Shown here: in pieces, positions 1-11,989 of the stretch
How positions within the stretch are numbered: the stretch's first letter is position 1
How the letters are laid out: each line of letters starts with the position of its first letter
The notes under the pieces: model-generated
Seen by the model: the letters and a program-made list of their open reading frames with translations, nothing else
What the model was told of the DNA's origin: nothing
Databases searched by the model: none
Program-made: the position numbers and the translations under genes
NCBI GenBank assembly: GCA_951406725.2
Contig: OX597829.1
Coordinates: 38,440,001-38,504,000 of the forward strand
Source of the DNA: Octopus vulgaris
Lineage: Eukaryota
Direction of reading: 5' to 3'
DNA length: 64,000 nt

Positions 1-84
1 TGTATGAATAATACCAGACTGACTTGATGCTTCAACTTAAGTACCTAATTCAACTGAATCTCAATTATTTGCGAAGACCTGTTG

Positions 85-479
85 GGGCAAGTGAAATCGA
101 AATCGAAATTGAACCAATCCTATGACTGGCGCCCGGCAGATGCCAGGACCCCTGGATTGGTGGTACGTAAAAAGCACTATCCGCATCGTGGCCGATGCCA
201 GCGCCGCCTTGACTGGCTTCCGTGCCGGTGGCACGTAAAATGCACCAATCCGACCGTGGCCGATGCCAGCCTCGCCTGGCACCAGTGCAGGTGGCACGTA
301 AAAAGCACCCACTACACTCATGGAGTGGTTGGCGTTAGGAAGGGCATCCAGCTGTAGAAACATTGCCAGATAAGACTGGAGCCTGGTGCAGACTTCTGGC
401 TTCCCAGATCCCCGGTCGAACCGTCTCACCCATGCTAGCATGGAGAACGGACGTTAAACGTTGATGATGATGATGATGA

Positions 480-483
<4 letters not shown>
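85..483 (+). mobile_element. RTE-tail-type SINE/LINE 3' end, family C, with (GAT)n tail
   Basis: ggcgttaggaagggcatccagctgtagaaac...cccatgctagcatgga..ggacgttaaacg(atg)n. Further copies at 10635-10900(-), 15497-15900(-), 25047-25530(-), 27695-28062(+), 29995-30245(-), 30605-30796(+), 43824-43989(-), 50160-50635(+), 53040-53283(+) and 63283-63442(-). Confidence 0.85.
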
Positions 484-551
<68 letters not shown>

Positions 552-593
552 GAAAAAATGGAGTCGAACGACGATTTAACAAAATTCCTTTAT

Positions 594-674
594 TCTCGAC
601 ATATGTTTCGAAGACTGCATATTCTTAATTCCGAAGGAATAAAGGGTGCATTATGCCGTCTTCTCATCAGGAAA
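594..674 (-). ncRNA. Hammerhead ribozyme motif with canonical core and long stem II
   Basis: Minus strand reads TTTC-CTGATGA-GAAGACgGCATA...TATGCaGTCTTC-GAA-ACATATGT-C-GAGA: canonical CUGAUGA/GAAA core, palindromic stem III, GUC site, short stem I. Adjacent to a (TA)n tract. Confidence 0.7.
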
Positions 675-1498
675 GACAAGGAACTTATGTCAGCATCATG
701 ACGAACAAAAACTTTTAGATGACTGCCCACACGGAGTCCATAGTGATAATGAGTGTTTCTTTAAAATATTCCGTTATAAGCAGTGACGTCAAAAATGGTT
801 GGATGGATAAGATTCTAAAACGTTCAAGAGTTCAAAAATGGTTGTAAGGGGCAGGTTCTAAGAATAGGGGGGTGACAGAGTGCAAGTCATATGTATGGTG
901 ATGCGTTGTTGTTTGCTTTTGCCAATGAGATTGAGTGCCTATGTGTGTGCATGTATATAACTGCATTCGTGTCTGTGTGTGTATATGTGTGCGTGATTGT
1001 TTGTGTGGGGGGATAAATGCCAAATATATCTAGTGGTGAAGTGACAGGTTTGTGTCTGTGTGTTTGATTGTGCTTATGATAGAGAGAGGGAGAGAGAGAG
1101 AGAGGGGGGAGAGGTAGAGAGACAAAGGTAGAACATACCCCAACGAATTTGGTAGTAGGCCTTCAAGTAACGGAGTATAAAAAAATTTTGCCTATGGTGT
1201 TGTTGTAGATGTGGAACCAAATTTTTAAATTCAAGGAGGTTATCTATATTAATCATCATTCATATGAGTGGAAGGTGTGCTTCTGCCAGTGCATGCACCT
1301 ATAGGATTTTTCTACCATTGTGTTTACTAAAGGGAATTTGGCGAAAAGTATATAGAAAAGCTCGGAATTACAGACGACACAATATTTTCTGCCCTTATCA
1401 AAAGGAAAGGATACAGACAATATGGACCATTCCAGCTTGAAAGTTATATTGCTGTCCTTAAAACGCCAAACTAGGATAATTCATTCAACTACTTAAAC

Positions 1499-1590
<92 letters not shown>

Positions 1591-1639
1591 ATATGTGCGT
1601 GTGTGTAGAAATGTAAATTGATTTGCTTGATTCGAAATA

Positions 1640-3385
1640 AACAATGTTATAATATCATTGCAGAGTACACTCTACAATGATACCACAACATACATCATGA
1701 AGATATATATTTAAAAATTATAGTGACAAGATTTGTGAAGAAGTTGTTAAGTTGTTAAACAACGTATTCAGTCAGAAAGTCAATTGTCAGTTTTAAAATA
1801 AACTTACATGAAAAGAATAATGCTGCTAGTTACATAACTGCAAATGAAAATGGCCAATTAATCAAAGTCTCTTTCATAATGCGAATTTCTTAAAAAATAC
1901 ATGATTAATTCTTTAGATGTTTTGTCCTGAAAAATGGCAATTATTTTCAGACATATTATTGTCAAAGAACACAATCCCAGAATGCATTATGGATATTTCT
2001 GAAATCTTAGGCTTGCAAATTAAGAATAAATCCATTATTTTTCTTACATTTTCCAGTGCCACTGATGAAAGCACCAACATTACTCATGTTGCTGGCAGCT
2101 TTATATTTTTATTGGAGAGCTAATAAAAGTTTTATTGGGGGTCTTAATAAAGTACACCAGAGAGAAGTATTTTGTGGGACTAGTATCTCTGAATGGCCAA
2201 ACAACAGGAAAAGATATATTTCAGTCTTTTGTTATATCTTTACATAAATTAAACATGAACTGGAAATAAATGGTGTTTTTGACCATACAAAACAGAGGGC
2301 TACAAATAAGGATTTAGGTGTAACATACAGATTGAAATCAATTGTAGGCTGTTCACAAAGATCCTCATCTCTTGTTATGAATGACATTGTTCATTGTGAA
2401 TTTTTTGTTGTTTGTTCTTTCTCGAGCCATGCCTGGCTCATAAGGGACGGTTTCCCAGCTTCTTGGCGTATAGGTTCCCCACCTGGACAGGACACCAGTC
2501 CATCGCAGGTAAGCTGCAAGATGCAGGAGGAAAGAGTGAGAGAAAGAGACAGCAGAAGTTTCGGCATTACCCTCTGCCGGAGCCGCGTGGAGCTTAGGTG
2601 TTTCGCTCATTAACACACACATCGTCCGGTCTGAGATTCGAACCCGCGATACCTTGACCATGAGTCCGCTGCTCTAACCACAAGGCCATTATGAATTGTC
2701 ATGCTACAAAGCTCACAAAGTGGACAATTTCTTTAATGTTGTTGTAAATGGTTAATTTTGTATGCATGTGGAGCTTAGATCACCAACAATTTAATAATTT
2801 CTTAAACGAGATCGATATTCCATACGAAGTGAACTATCATAGCTATGTTTGCTGGCTAACTAAGGGTATTGTATAGAAGCACTTCATTGAACTGTTTGAG
2901 GAAATAAAAGATTATATGGAAATGAAAGACAGATATGTACCAGAATTAAGAGACATTGAATGAATTGGTCGTTTGTTTTAAATCTAAAATGCAGAGAAGC
3001 ACTAAGATAGATAATGAAAATTCTTCTTGCATTTGACATCGAACTTGAGTTTTAAGCCTGAAAGGAAATTTATTTCACTCTGTGACCTTGAAATCAATTA
3101 AGTTGTCTCTAAATTATGAAGAAATATCCAACGGAAAGTACAACTATTTAATTTCTGAAGAAAATACTTTCAAAAAGGGGTGTCAGATTTACATGAAATC
3201 TAGTAAAAATTCTTTCATTTTCCTGGTTCTATTTTTCTCTTGATATAGACTGAAGAACTCAAACTGGAAGTGATAGACACATTGTGTGATCCAACTCTCA
3301 AGGCTAAGCTTTCAAATATAGCCATAAAACATTTTATTGGTGTTTATTGGGCTAAATAGCCTGGATTTAAAGTATTTTGTGCAAG
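1640..3385 (+). mobile_element. Decayed hAT-family (Buster/SPIN, GTF2IRD2-like) transposase remnant
   Basis: FSSATDESTNIT (DESTD-like motif) in ORF 1917-2123; YHSYVCWLTKG (YHTEVRWLS-like) near 2835-2867; many stops; interrupted by a SINE at about 2410-2690. Confidence 0.65.
2410..2690 (-). mobile_element. tRNA-derived SINE, family B
   Basis: Head atggcc..gtggttagagcagcggactc..ggttcgaatctcagacc; same as 4858-5150 and 26031-26325. Confidence 0.85.
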
Positions 3386-3397
3386 AATAAGAATGTA

Positions 3398-4296
3398 TGT
3401 GGTCTGATCAATAACTATCCGGACTGTTGCTATAGTAACAAAGCTACAGCATGGAGAGTAAAGCCACTTAGCACAGATTAACCTTGAACTCTGCAGTGCA
3501 TACGTACTAAGTTTTACTATTCAAACTCACTTCCACTATTTACAGTAGTGCTTGGAAGGAAGGTGTGTAGCATGTAATCATCTCATTGACAGAGAAAGTT
3601 GGGCAGAGAATCTGCATCAAATTTTGCCAAAAGCTTGGCGATACCTGCTCAGAAGTTTATGCAAAGTTTTCAAAAAGTTTTCATTGTTCTCGACACAATC
3701 AAGGAGATCTTGTGCCACTGAAACCCTGATTGCTTTTTCTTTTGGTCAGTTGAAAGCAGTTTTTGGAACAAACTTGGCAGATATGCATCTCAAACCCAAA
3801 TCTTCAGTGATAATAGACTGAACTGAACCATAACTAATCTGCACATTCTCTGATAACTCATGGATGGTGATCTGATGATTTCCCCTCACAGCTGCATGCA
3901 CATCTCTGATGTTTTTCTCAGTTCTGCTGGTTACAGGTCTTCCAAAACATTCGTCAATATCGACATCTTTTTGATCATCTTGGAATTGTCTGTACCACGC
4001 ATACATACACTTGTGTGCAGCTCATACATTCCTCTACATATAGTTTTTTCAACTTTGTGTAGGCCTCTGAGCAGGTATTGCCATGACAACTTTCTCTGTC
4101 GTGGTCAATGCAATGATCCCATGCTACACACTTTCCTTCCAAGCACTGCTGTAAACAGTGGAAGTGAGCTAGAATGTTAAAACTTAGTGTGCATGCACAG
4201 CAGAGTTTAAGGTGAATCTGTACAAAGCGGCTTTATTCTGTGTGCTTTAGTTTCATTACTATAGCAACAGTTTGGATACTTATTGATCAGGCCTTG
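3398..4296. mobile_element. Non-autonomous mariner derivative with ~200-bp inverted ends (two 5' ends back to back)
   Basis: TA-flanked TIRs ggtctgatcaataactatccggactgttgctatagtaa / ttactatagcaacagtttggatacttattgatcaggcc. Transposase N-terminus QRICIKFCQKLG on +; HTH region GRPVTSRTEKNI..ISYGSVQSIITEDLGLRCISAKFVPK on -. Confidence 0.85.
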
Positions 4297-4309
4297 TATA
4301 TATCAAATT

Positions 4310-4565
4310 ATCACATGACTAACCAAGCTATCAAATGTTGTTACACATCGCTGGTCACGATGCGTTTTTGTATTGTTTTATCATTCAAATGACACCACTC
4401 CATTGGCTAGGCGAGCGGGCTAACATTGTCCCACGATCAACTGGAGCAATGTGAAATGAAGTGTTTTGCTCAAGAACACAATACACCATCCAATCAGGGA
4501 ATCAAACCTACGATCTAGTGATTGTGAGGGAAACAGCCTAACCACTAGGCCACGCACCTTCACAA

Positions 4566-4605
<40 letters not shown>

Positions 4606-5150
4606 GAGGTGCATGGCTTAGTGGTTAGGGTGTCAGCACCATGATTGTAAGATTGTAGTTTCGATTCCTAGACCCGGTGACGCGTTGTGTTCTTGAGCAA
4701 AACACTTCATTTCACATTGCTCCAGTCCGCTCAGCTGGCAAAAATGAGTAACGCTGCGATGGACTGGCGTCCCATCCAGCTGGGGAAAGCATATGCCATT
4801 GAAACCAGGAAACCAGGCCCATGAGCCTGGCTAGGCTTTAAAAGGTGCATTTATTTGTGGAAGCACATGGCCTAGTGGTTAGAGCAGCGGACTCGCTGTC
4901 AAGGGATCGTGGGTTCGAATCTCAGACCGGGCGATATGTGTGTTTATGAGTGAAACACCTAAGCTCCACGCGGCTCCAACAGAATGTAATGGCGAAACTT
5001 CTGCTGACTCTTTCACCACAACTTTCTCTTACTCTTTCCTCCTGCAACTTGCAGCTCACTTACGATGGACCAGCGAGGGGTCCAGGTGGGGAACCTATAT
5101 GCCAAGAAACCGGCCCTTATGAGCCAGGGATGGCTCGAGAAGGAACAACC
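4310..5150. mobile_element. Cluster of three family B-type SINEs (4310-4562 -, 4604-4850 +, 4858-5150 +)
   Basis: Repeated tRNA-like heads tggc.tagtggttag and shared ttgtgttcttgagcaaaacac body. Confidence 0.8.
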
Positions 5151-5390
5151 TAAAAAGAAATATATATATATATATATATATACATACATGCATATGTATA
5201 TTGTTTACATTATATTTTACCATGCAGTTCAGGAGTAGAATTAATATGGCAGTCTATAAATAAGACTAAAGCTGTCGCTGATTAGCTCCAAGAGGCCATC
5301 GCCTCTAGCTAGCTATTAGACACACGTACCTGCGTCCATTACAACCTTCAAACAGGGGAGGTCAGCCACTTCACCTTGCTAGTCAGACAT

Positions 5391-5431
5391 CTGCAGACAT
5401 GTTTCAGGGTTGTTGCCCTTTATCAATGCAG
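5391..5431 (-). ncRNA. Minimal type I hammerhead ribozyme motif (U3:A8 core variant), inverted copy
   Basis: Exact reverse complement of 5814-5854. Confidence 0.75.
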
Positions 5432-5813
5432 CGTAGTCAGAACCAGCAGGTGTCGCTACTGACTGTCTGTTTGAAGATTTTATTTACCTAGTTACAGTGG
5501 AATACATCCACTTGTTTTCAATAATAAAAATATTAAAATTACTAAGTCTCTCTAAAGGAGATCACGGCAGCGTTACTGGATATTAATAGTTATCGCCATA
5601 CTAATATGGCAGTCTTTAGTCTTATTTATAGACTGCCATATTAGTATGGCGATAACTATTAATATCCAGTAACTCTGCCGTAATCTCCTTTAGAGAGACT
5701 TAGTAATTTTAATATTTCTATTATTGAAAACAAGTGGATGTATTCCACTGTAACTAGGTAAATAAAATCTTCAAACAGACGGTCAGTAGCGACACCTGCT
5801 GGTTCTGACTATG

Positions 5814-5854
5814 CTGCATTGATAAAGGGCAACAACCCTGAAACATGTCTGCAG
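5814..5854 (+). ncRNA. Minimal type I hammerhead ribozyme motif (U3:A8 core variant)
   Basis: CTGCA (stem I) - TTGATAA (core) - AGGG caacaa CCCT (stem II) - GAA - ACATGT (palindromic stem III) - C (GUC site, 5849) - TGCAG (stem I). Confidence 0.75.
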
Positions 5855-6659
5855 ATGTCTGACTAGCAAGGTGAAGTGGCTGACCTCCCCTGTTTGAAGG
5901 TTGTAATGGACGCAGGTTCATGTGTCAAATAGCTAGAGGCGATGGCCTCTTGGAGCTAATCAGCGACAGCTTTAGTCTTATTTATAGACTGCCATATTAG
6001 TATGGCGATAACTATTAATATATATCTATATATATATATATAATATGTGTGTGTGTGTGTGTGAAGGCTGATGGCTCAGTGGTTAAGGTGTCGAGCTTAC
6101 GGTCGTGAGGTTGTGAGTTTGATTCCCAGACCGGGCTGCATGTTGTGTTCTTGAGCAAGAGACTTTATTTCACATTGCTTCTAGTTCACTCATCTGTAGA
6201 AATGAGTTGCGACATCATAACATAAAATATATGAAGCCTAGTATTCCCTGATAAGGGTACACCGTGCACATGCATCACAACCATATGTGCATGGCATGCT
6301 GATCTGATATCAAGATTAACTGCGCATGACCTTGCAGGTGGAGCCCAGTTAGAATTTTCCTCACGCCAAGTAGCCCATCCCACCTAAAAGGTCCCTGAAT
6401 AAGGGTTGTTTAAGGATGTTGGACAAAATACCCATGTTTCCAAAAGCAAATTATCCAAACCCCTAAGAATCCCTCTCAACACATGGCTATAATGCTCTCT
6501 CACTTCTCCTGCTTATAATCAGAGATGCACATTTCATCAGACACTAAGGGACATGATCAACTGAATAGGGTCAAACAATTGACAAGCAAAATTTGGAACC
6601 ATCATCATCATCATCATCATCATCAACATCATCATCATTATTATTATTATTATTATTAT

Positions 6660-7724
6660 TGAGTGAGCGAGCAGAGCATGCCATCAAAGTGACACTGGGG
6701 TAAAATATACGAAGCCCAGTATACCCATCATGACTACCCGTCTGATAAGGGTACACCAGGCACATGCGTCACAACCATATGTGCGCGACATGGTGATCTC
6801 ATATCAAGATAAACAGCACATGACCTTGCAGGTGGAGCCCAGTTAGAATTTTCTTCAGATCGAGTAACCCATCCCGCTCAAAAGGTCCCTGAATAAGGGT
6901 TGTTTAAGGACGTTGAACGAAACACCCATGTTTCCAGAGGTGAATTATTCAAACCCCAAAGAATCCTTCTCAACACATGGCTATGATGCTCCCCCACTAC
7001 TTCTGCTCGTGATCAGAGATGCACATATCGTCAGCCACTAAGGGACATGCTCAACTGGTTAAGGTCAAACAACTGACAAGCAAATCTGTGGCATTGAGCA
7101 GAATATTTGCTGTAGCCCATCTTTTATACCAAGACAAAACAATGTACATGATAACACTTCCAATCAGTTAAGATCAGAAGCCAGGAGAGCCACTGCCTGG
7201 TACTGCATCAGGGCATAGCAAATCTGTGGTATTGAGCAGAATATTTGCTGTAGCCCATCCTTTATACCAAGACAAAACAATGTACATGATAACACTTCCA
7301 ATCAGTTAAGATCAGAAGCCATGAGAGCCACTGCCTGGTACTGCATCAGGGCATAGCAAATCTGTGGTATTGAGCAGAATATTTGCTGTAGCCCATCCTT
7401 TATAATAAGACAAAACAATGTACATGATAACACTTCCAATCAGTTAAGATCAGAAGCCATGAGAGCCACTGCCTGGTACTGCATCAGGGCATAGCAAATC
7501 TGTGGTGTTGAGCAGAATATTTGCTGTAGCCCATCTTTTATACCAAGACAAAACAATGTACATGATAACACTTCCAATCAGTTAAGATCAGAAGCCATGA
7601 GAGCCACTGCCTGGTACTGCATCAGGGCATAGCAAATCTGTGGTATTGAGCAGAATATTTGCTGTAGCCCATCTTTTATACCAAGGCAATTTGCTGTAGC
7701 CCATCTTATTTGCTGTAGCCCATC

Positions 7725-7727
<3 letters not shown>
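6660..7727. mobile_element. Interspersed repeat family E with terminal 138-bp tandem array, between (ATT)n tracts
   Basis: Partial diverged copy at 6215-6600 and inverted partial copy at 13618-13925. Confidence 0.7.
7080..7685. repeat. Tandem repeat, 138-bp unit, about 4.4 copies
   Basis: gcaaatctgtgg recurs at 7080, 7218, 7356, 7494 and 7632; units nearly identical. Confidence 0.95.
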
Positions 7728-7760
<33 letters not shown>

Positions 7761-7850
7761 CATCATTATTATTATTATTATCATTATTATTATTATTATG
7801 TTAGAGTGTCAGGCAAAATGCTTTATGACATATTATTATTATTATTATTA

Positions 7851-7902
<52 letters not shown>

Positions 7903-8404
7903 GGAATGGTAGGATTGTTAGAGTGTCAGGCAAAATGCTTTATGACATTTCCTCTGGCTCTCTAGGTTCCTACTCGGGGTCATATTTTCTCTTTCATCCT
8001 TCCAGGGGGAATGAAATAAAGTACCAATCAAGCATTGCAGTTAATTTAATCAGCTCATTATCTCTCCCTAAAATTGCTGGCCTTTTGCCTGAATCAGAAA
8101 TGATTTATGGTTATTGTTGTTGTTGTTGTTGTTGTTTATAATGGTGGTGTTGGTGTTGGTGATGGTGGTAGGAAAATGGATGACTTACACTTGTGGTAAG
8201 GAATTCAGGTTCCTTTAGTGCGATTCTGCCTCATGTCTCTTCCTTGAAGTGATATATTAAAAAAAAAAAAGAAAAAGTAGGTACCTGCAATATCCGGTGG
8301 GTTACTGGGTCAATTCATTTGACTGATAATATTTGTCACACCTATTCAGATTTGTTGCATTGTGTCTACCAAAAATCTCATTGGTGTTAATAACATGTTC
8401 ATAA

Positions 8405-9075
8405 TCACCATCGTCATCATCGTCATCATCATCATCATCATCATCATCATCACCACCACCACCACCACCACCACCACAACCACCACTACCACCACCACCA
8501 CCACCACCACCACCACCACATCAACCACCACCACCACCACACCACCACCACCACCACCACCACCACTACCACTACCACTACCACCACCACCACCACCACC
8601 ACTACTACTGTTGTCACTGTGACCACTGCTGCTGATCTTGCTGCCGCCATGAGTACAATCACCACCACCACCACCACCACCACTACCACCGCTACAAACA
8701 CTACTACTACCACCACCATCACTGTCAATATCACCATTATTAATTACACTTGTGTAAGTAAAGTGTCATTGAATCAATTTGGTCATCGTTATTAATATCG
8801 CAATTGTTATCCATGTTATCATAGCCATTAAGAAGTACTCAATATTATCATCGCTACTACCACCACTACTACCACCACCACAACTACTACCACCACCACC
8901 ACCTCTGTCACTGCAAAAACCGTTCTTAACATCGTTCCTATTATCCTCATTATTATCCTTTCACTCATCCTTATTATTGCACTTACTATGACCACCAGCA
9001 CTTCAACCACCAGCGCCATTGCCAACAGCACCAGCATCACCAACAGCACCACCACCACTATCACCTCCCCTATCA
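8405..9075. repeat. Imperfect (CAT/CAC/TAC)n trinucleotide field
   Basis: Direct inspection; source of the poly-V/T/P ORFs. Confidence 0.95.
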
Positions 9076-9181
9076 TTATAATAACAAATATGATTTAGCA
9101 CCCCTATAATAATGGATTTGAAGCTTGATGACTAAGTAGGAGAGAGATTATAGTGAAAGGCACACACACACACACACACAC

Positions 9182-9288
<107 letters not shown>

Positions 9289-9289
9289 G

Positions 9290-9350
<61 letters not shown>

Positions 9351-9480
9351 CACACATAGACACACAAAGAACATACAGACATAAATACACACATAAATAA
9401 ATAAATATATATAATATATATATATATATATGTATATATAGTAATTTTCTATTTTATGTGTGTGTGTGTGTTTAATACAT

Positions 9481-9516
<36 letters not shown>

Positions 9517-9815
9517 GCACCAAGAGACACATATACACAACACAAACACACATCTATGTATATGTTGAATGTATGGTAAACCTTGCAAGCAAGGATGTGT
9601 TGTTTGTAAACATACAATTTTAGCCTTGCTGTGTTAAATAAACAAAATGGCTACACCACAGGTTTTGCCAGAACAAAAAAAAGAGAGATTGATGTAACTA
9701 GTTTTAACATTTATTAGCATTTCATCAGAGATAGGCTTACTCACTTCCTGTCCACATAAAGAATATATAAGCATATGGCTATTTATAATACACACAAATT
9801 GGCGCAGAATGCTAT

Positions 9816-10228
9816 TACTCTTTTACTCTTTTACTTGTTTCAGTCATTTTGACTGCGGCCATGCTGGAGCACCGCCTTTTAGTCGAGCAAATCGACCCCG
9901 GGACTTATTCTTTTTGTAAGCCCAGTACTTATTCTATCGATCTCTTTTGCCGAACCGCTAAGTGACGGGGATGTAAACACACCAGCATCGGTTGTCAAGC
10001 AATACTAGGGGGACAAACACAGACATACAAACACATACACATATATATATATATACATATATATGACGGGCTTCTTTCAGTTTCCGTCTACCAAATCCAC
10101 TCACAAGGCATTGGTCGGCCCGGGGCTATAGCAGAAGACACTTGCCCAAGATGCCACGCAGTGGGACTGAACCCGGAACCATGTGGTTGGTTAGCAAGCT
10201 ACTTACCACACAGCCACTCCTGCGCCTA
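9816..10228 (-). mobile_element. tRNA-derived SINE, family A
   Basis: Head ggcgcaggagTGGCTGTGTGG..GGTTCAGTCCC (A/B boxes), internal (TA/TG)n, tail (gtaaaaga)n. Confidence 0.9.
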
Positions 10229-10928
10229 TACAGCCACTCCTGATGGTATTTCTTCTAACTGTTGATGTTTCTTGAGTTCAAGTCCCATCAAGATCAAATT
10301 TGCCTTTCATCCTTCTGTGCTTGATTAAGAAAAAAAAGGACAGTATCAATTTAAAGCAATGGATTGGTTGAACTGTAAAAATGTTGGATTGGATGTCTTG
10401 CACTGTATTTGTTCTGTCTCTTTGTGTTCTGAGTTCAATCCCTGCCATAACCTACATGTCTGGTAGATTTAATCTGTCTTCTTGTGTGTGTGTGTGTGTG
10501 TGTGTGTTTAGTGGAATCCACTTTACTGCATTCTGGTTTGAGGATATCTTCTCCACTCCATCCCACCACTTCTGAAGGTTTTGCAAAAGTCTATGAGTAC
10601 AACCTGCCATTCTGACAAAAAGATGGAGATATATATCATCATCATCATTTAGTATCCATTGCCCATGCTGGCATGGGTTGGATGGTCTGACCAGGGCTGG
10701 CTAGCTAGAAGGCTGCACCAAACTCCAGTCTGATTTGCCAAGGTTTTCAAAAGCTGGATGCCCTTCCTAACACCAACCACTCCAAGAGTGTAATGGGCGC
10801 TTTTACATGCCACTGGCATGGGTGCCATTTATGTGACACCAGTCTCTGCCACAACTCTGCTTGGCTTCGTGGGTCTTCTCAAGCACGACACAATGCCAAG
10901 TTCTCAATTATGTATATATATATATATA

Positions 10929-11092
10929 TAGGCACAGGAGTGGCTGTGTGGTAAGTAGCTTGCTTACCAACCACATTGTTCCGGGTTCAGTCCCACTGTG
11001 TGGCACCTTGGGCAAGTGTCTTCTACTATAGCCTTGGGCCGACCAAAGCCTTGTGAGTGGATTTGATAAACGGAAGCTGAAAGAAGCCCATC

Positions 11093-11144
<52 letters not shown>

Positions 11145-11378
11145 ATGTATATGTGTATATATGTTTGTGTGTCTGTGTTTGTTCTCCCAACATCACTTGA
11201 CAACCAATGCTGATGTGTTTACGTCTCTGTAACATAGCAGTTCGGCAAAAGAGACTGATAGAATAAGTACAAGGCTTACAAAGAATAAGTCCTGGTGATG
11301 ATTTGCTTGACTAAAGGTGGTGCTCCAGCATGGCCGCAGTCAGGTGACTGAAACAAGTAAAAGAATAAAGAGAGAGAA
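10929..11378 (+). mobile_element. SINE family A
   Basis: Same head, body and tail as 9816-10228. Confidence 0.9.
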
Positions 11379-11989
11379 TATAAATCCTGAACTCAGAGCT
11401 CAATTAGTTGGCATAATTTTCATAACAGTGCAAGTACTGGCATCATGTACTGATGAGGCTAATTAATTTTTGACGACATTCTTGACCAGTGAGTTGCTTT
11501 TTGAAGGAAGTAAGGACTTGGGTGTGGTGATTTATGCTGGCCTGTGGTGGGTTTGAGTGTTGCGGGATGGATGGATGGATGAGTGGGACAGGGGTATCAG
11601 TGTGGAGATGGCATGAGCGCAATCAGTGGACAAATGGTGCTGCTGAGATTGTTGATGCTAGGCTACTGTATCCTATAGGGAGTGCAACAATAACAACAAT
11701 AGAAACATTTGTACCAACAATAGCAACCCACTAGAAATAGCAACCAAATATCCCTGAGATAACTTCCTAAAATAGAAGGCCATGCTGGATAATCCAATTT
11801 TAGATTCGTTGTACTAGGTAAAAAACGATAGAATTTTCTGAGCTGGAATATTTTTGCTCATAAGTCTACTGGACAAATATTGACTTTGGGTTAAACTACT
11901 ATGAGAATGATAACAACAGCAAGGGCTGAGACAACAAAAATAACAGTTTCATCTGCAACAACAACAATAATTGTCTTAAAAAGGGTAAA

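Larger units (their letters stand above)
5242..6021. mobile_element. Fold-back Penelope-pLTR/retrozyme-like element: two inverted ~360-nt monomers, each with a hammerhead motif
   Basis: Arms 5242-5615 and 5630-5999 are near-perfect reverse complements with a 14-nt spacer. Terminal redundancy: 5616-5665 repeats at 5972-6021 and 5242-5255 repeats at 5602-5615. Lies between (TA)n tracts. Confidence 0.75.

Noticed and set aside
61-441. Recurrent '[11 protein letters not shown]...' ORFs (also 28523, 38106, 63311)
   Set aside because: Antisense translation of the family C repeat; no domain evidence.
7155-7215. Short similarity to U2 snRNA motifs (atcagttaagatcaga, cctggtactgca)
   Set aside because: Only two short imperfect words with the wrong spacing; no Sm site or branch-pairing sequence.
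7080-7685. Regularly spaced repeats as a possible CRISPR-like array
   Set aside because: Whole 138-bp units are repeated with no unique spacers, and the context is eukaryotic.
10929-11000. tRNA-like A/B boxes
   Set aside because: These are SINE heads; no complete cloverleaf, so not called as tRNA genes.
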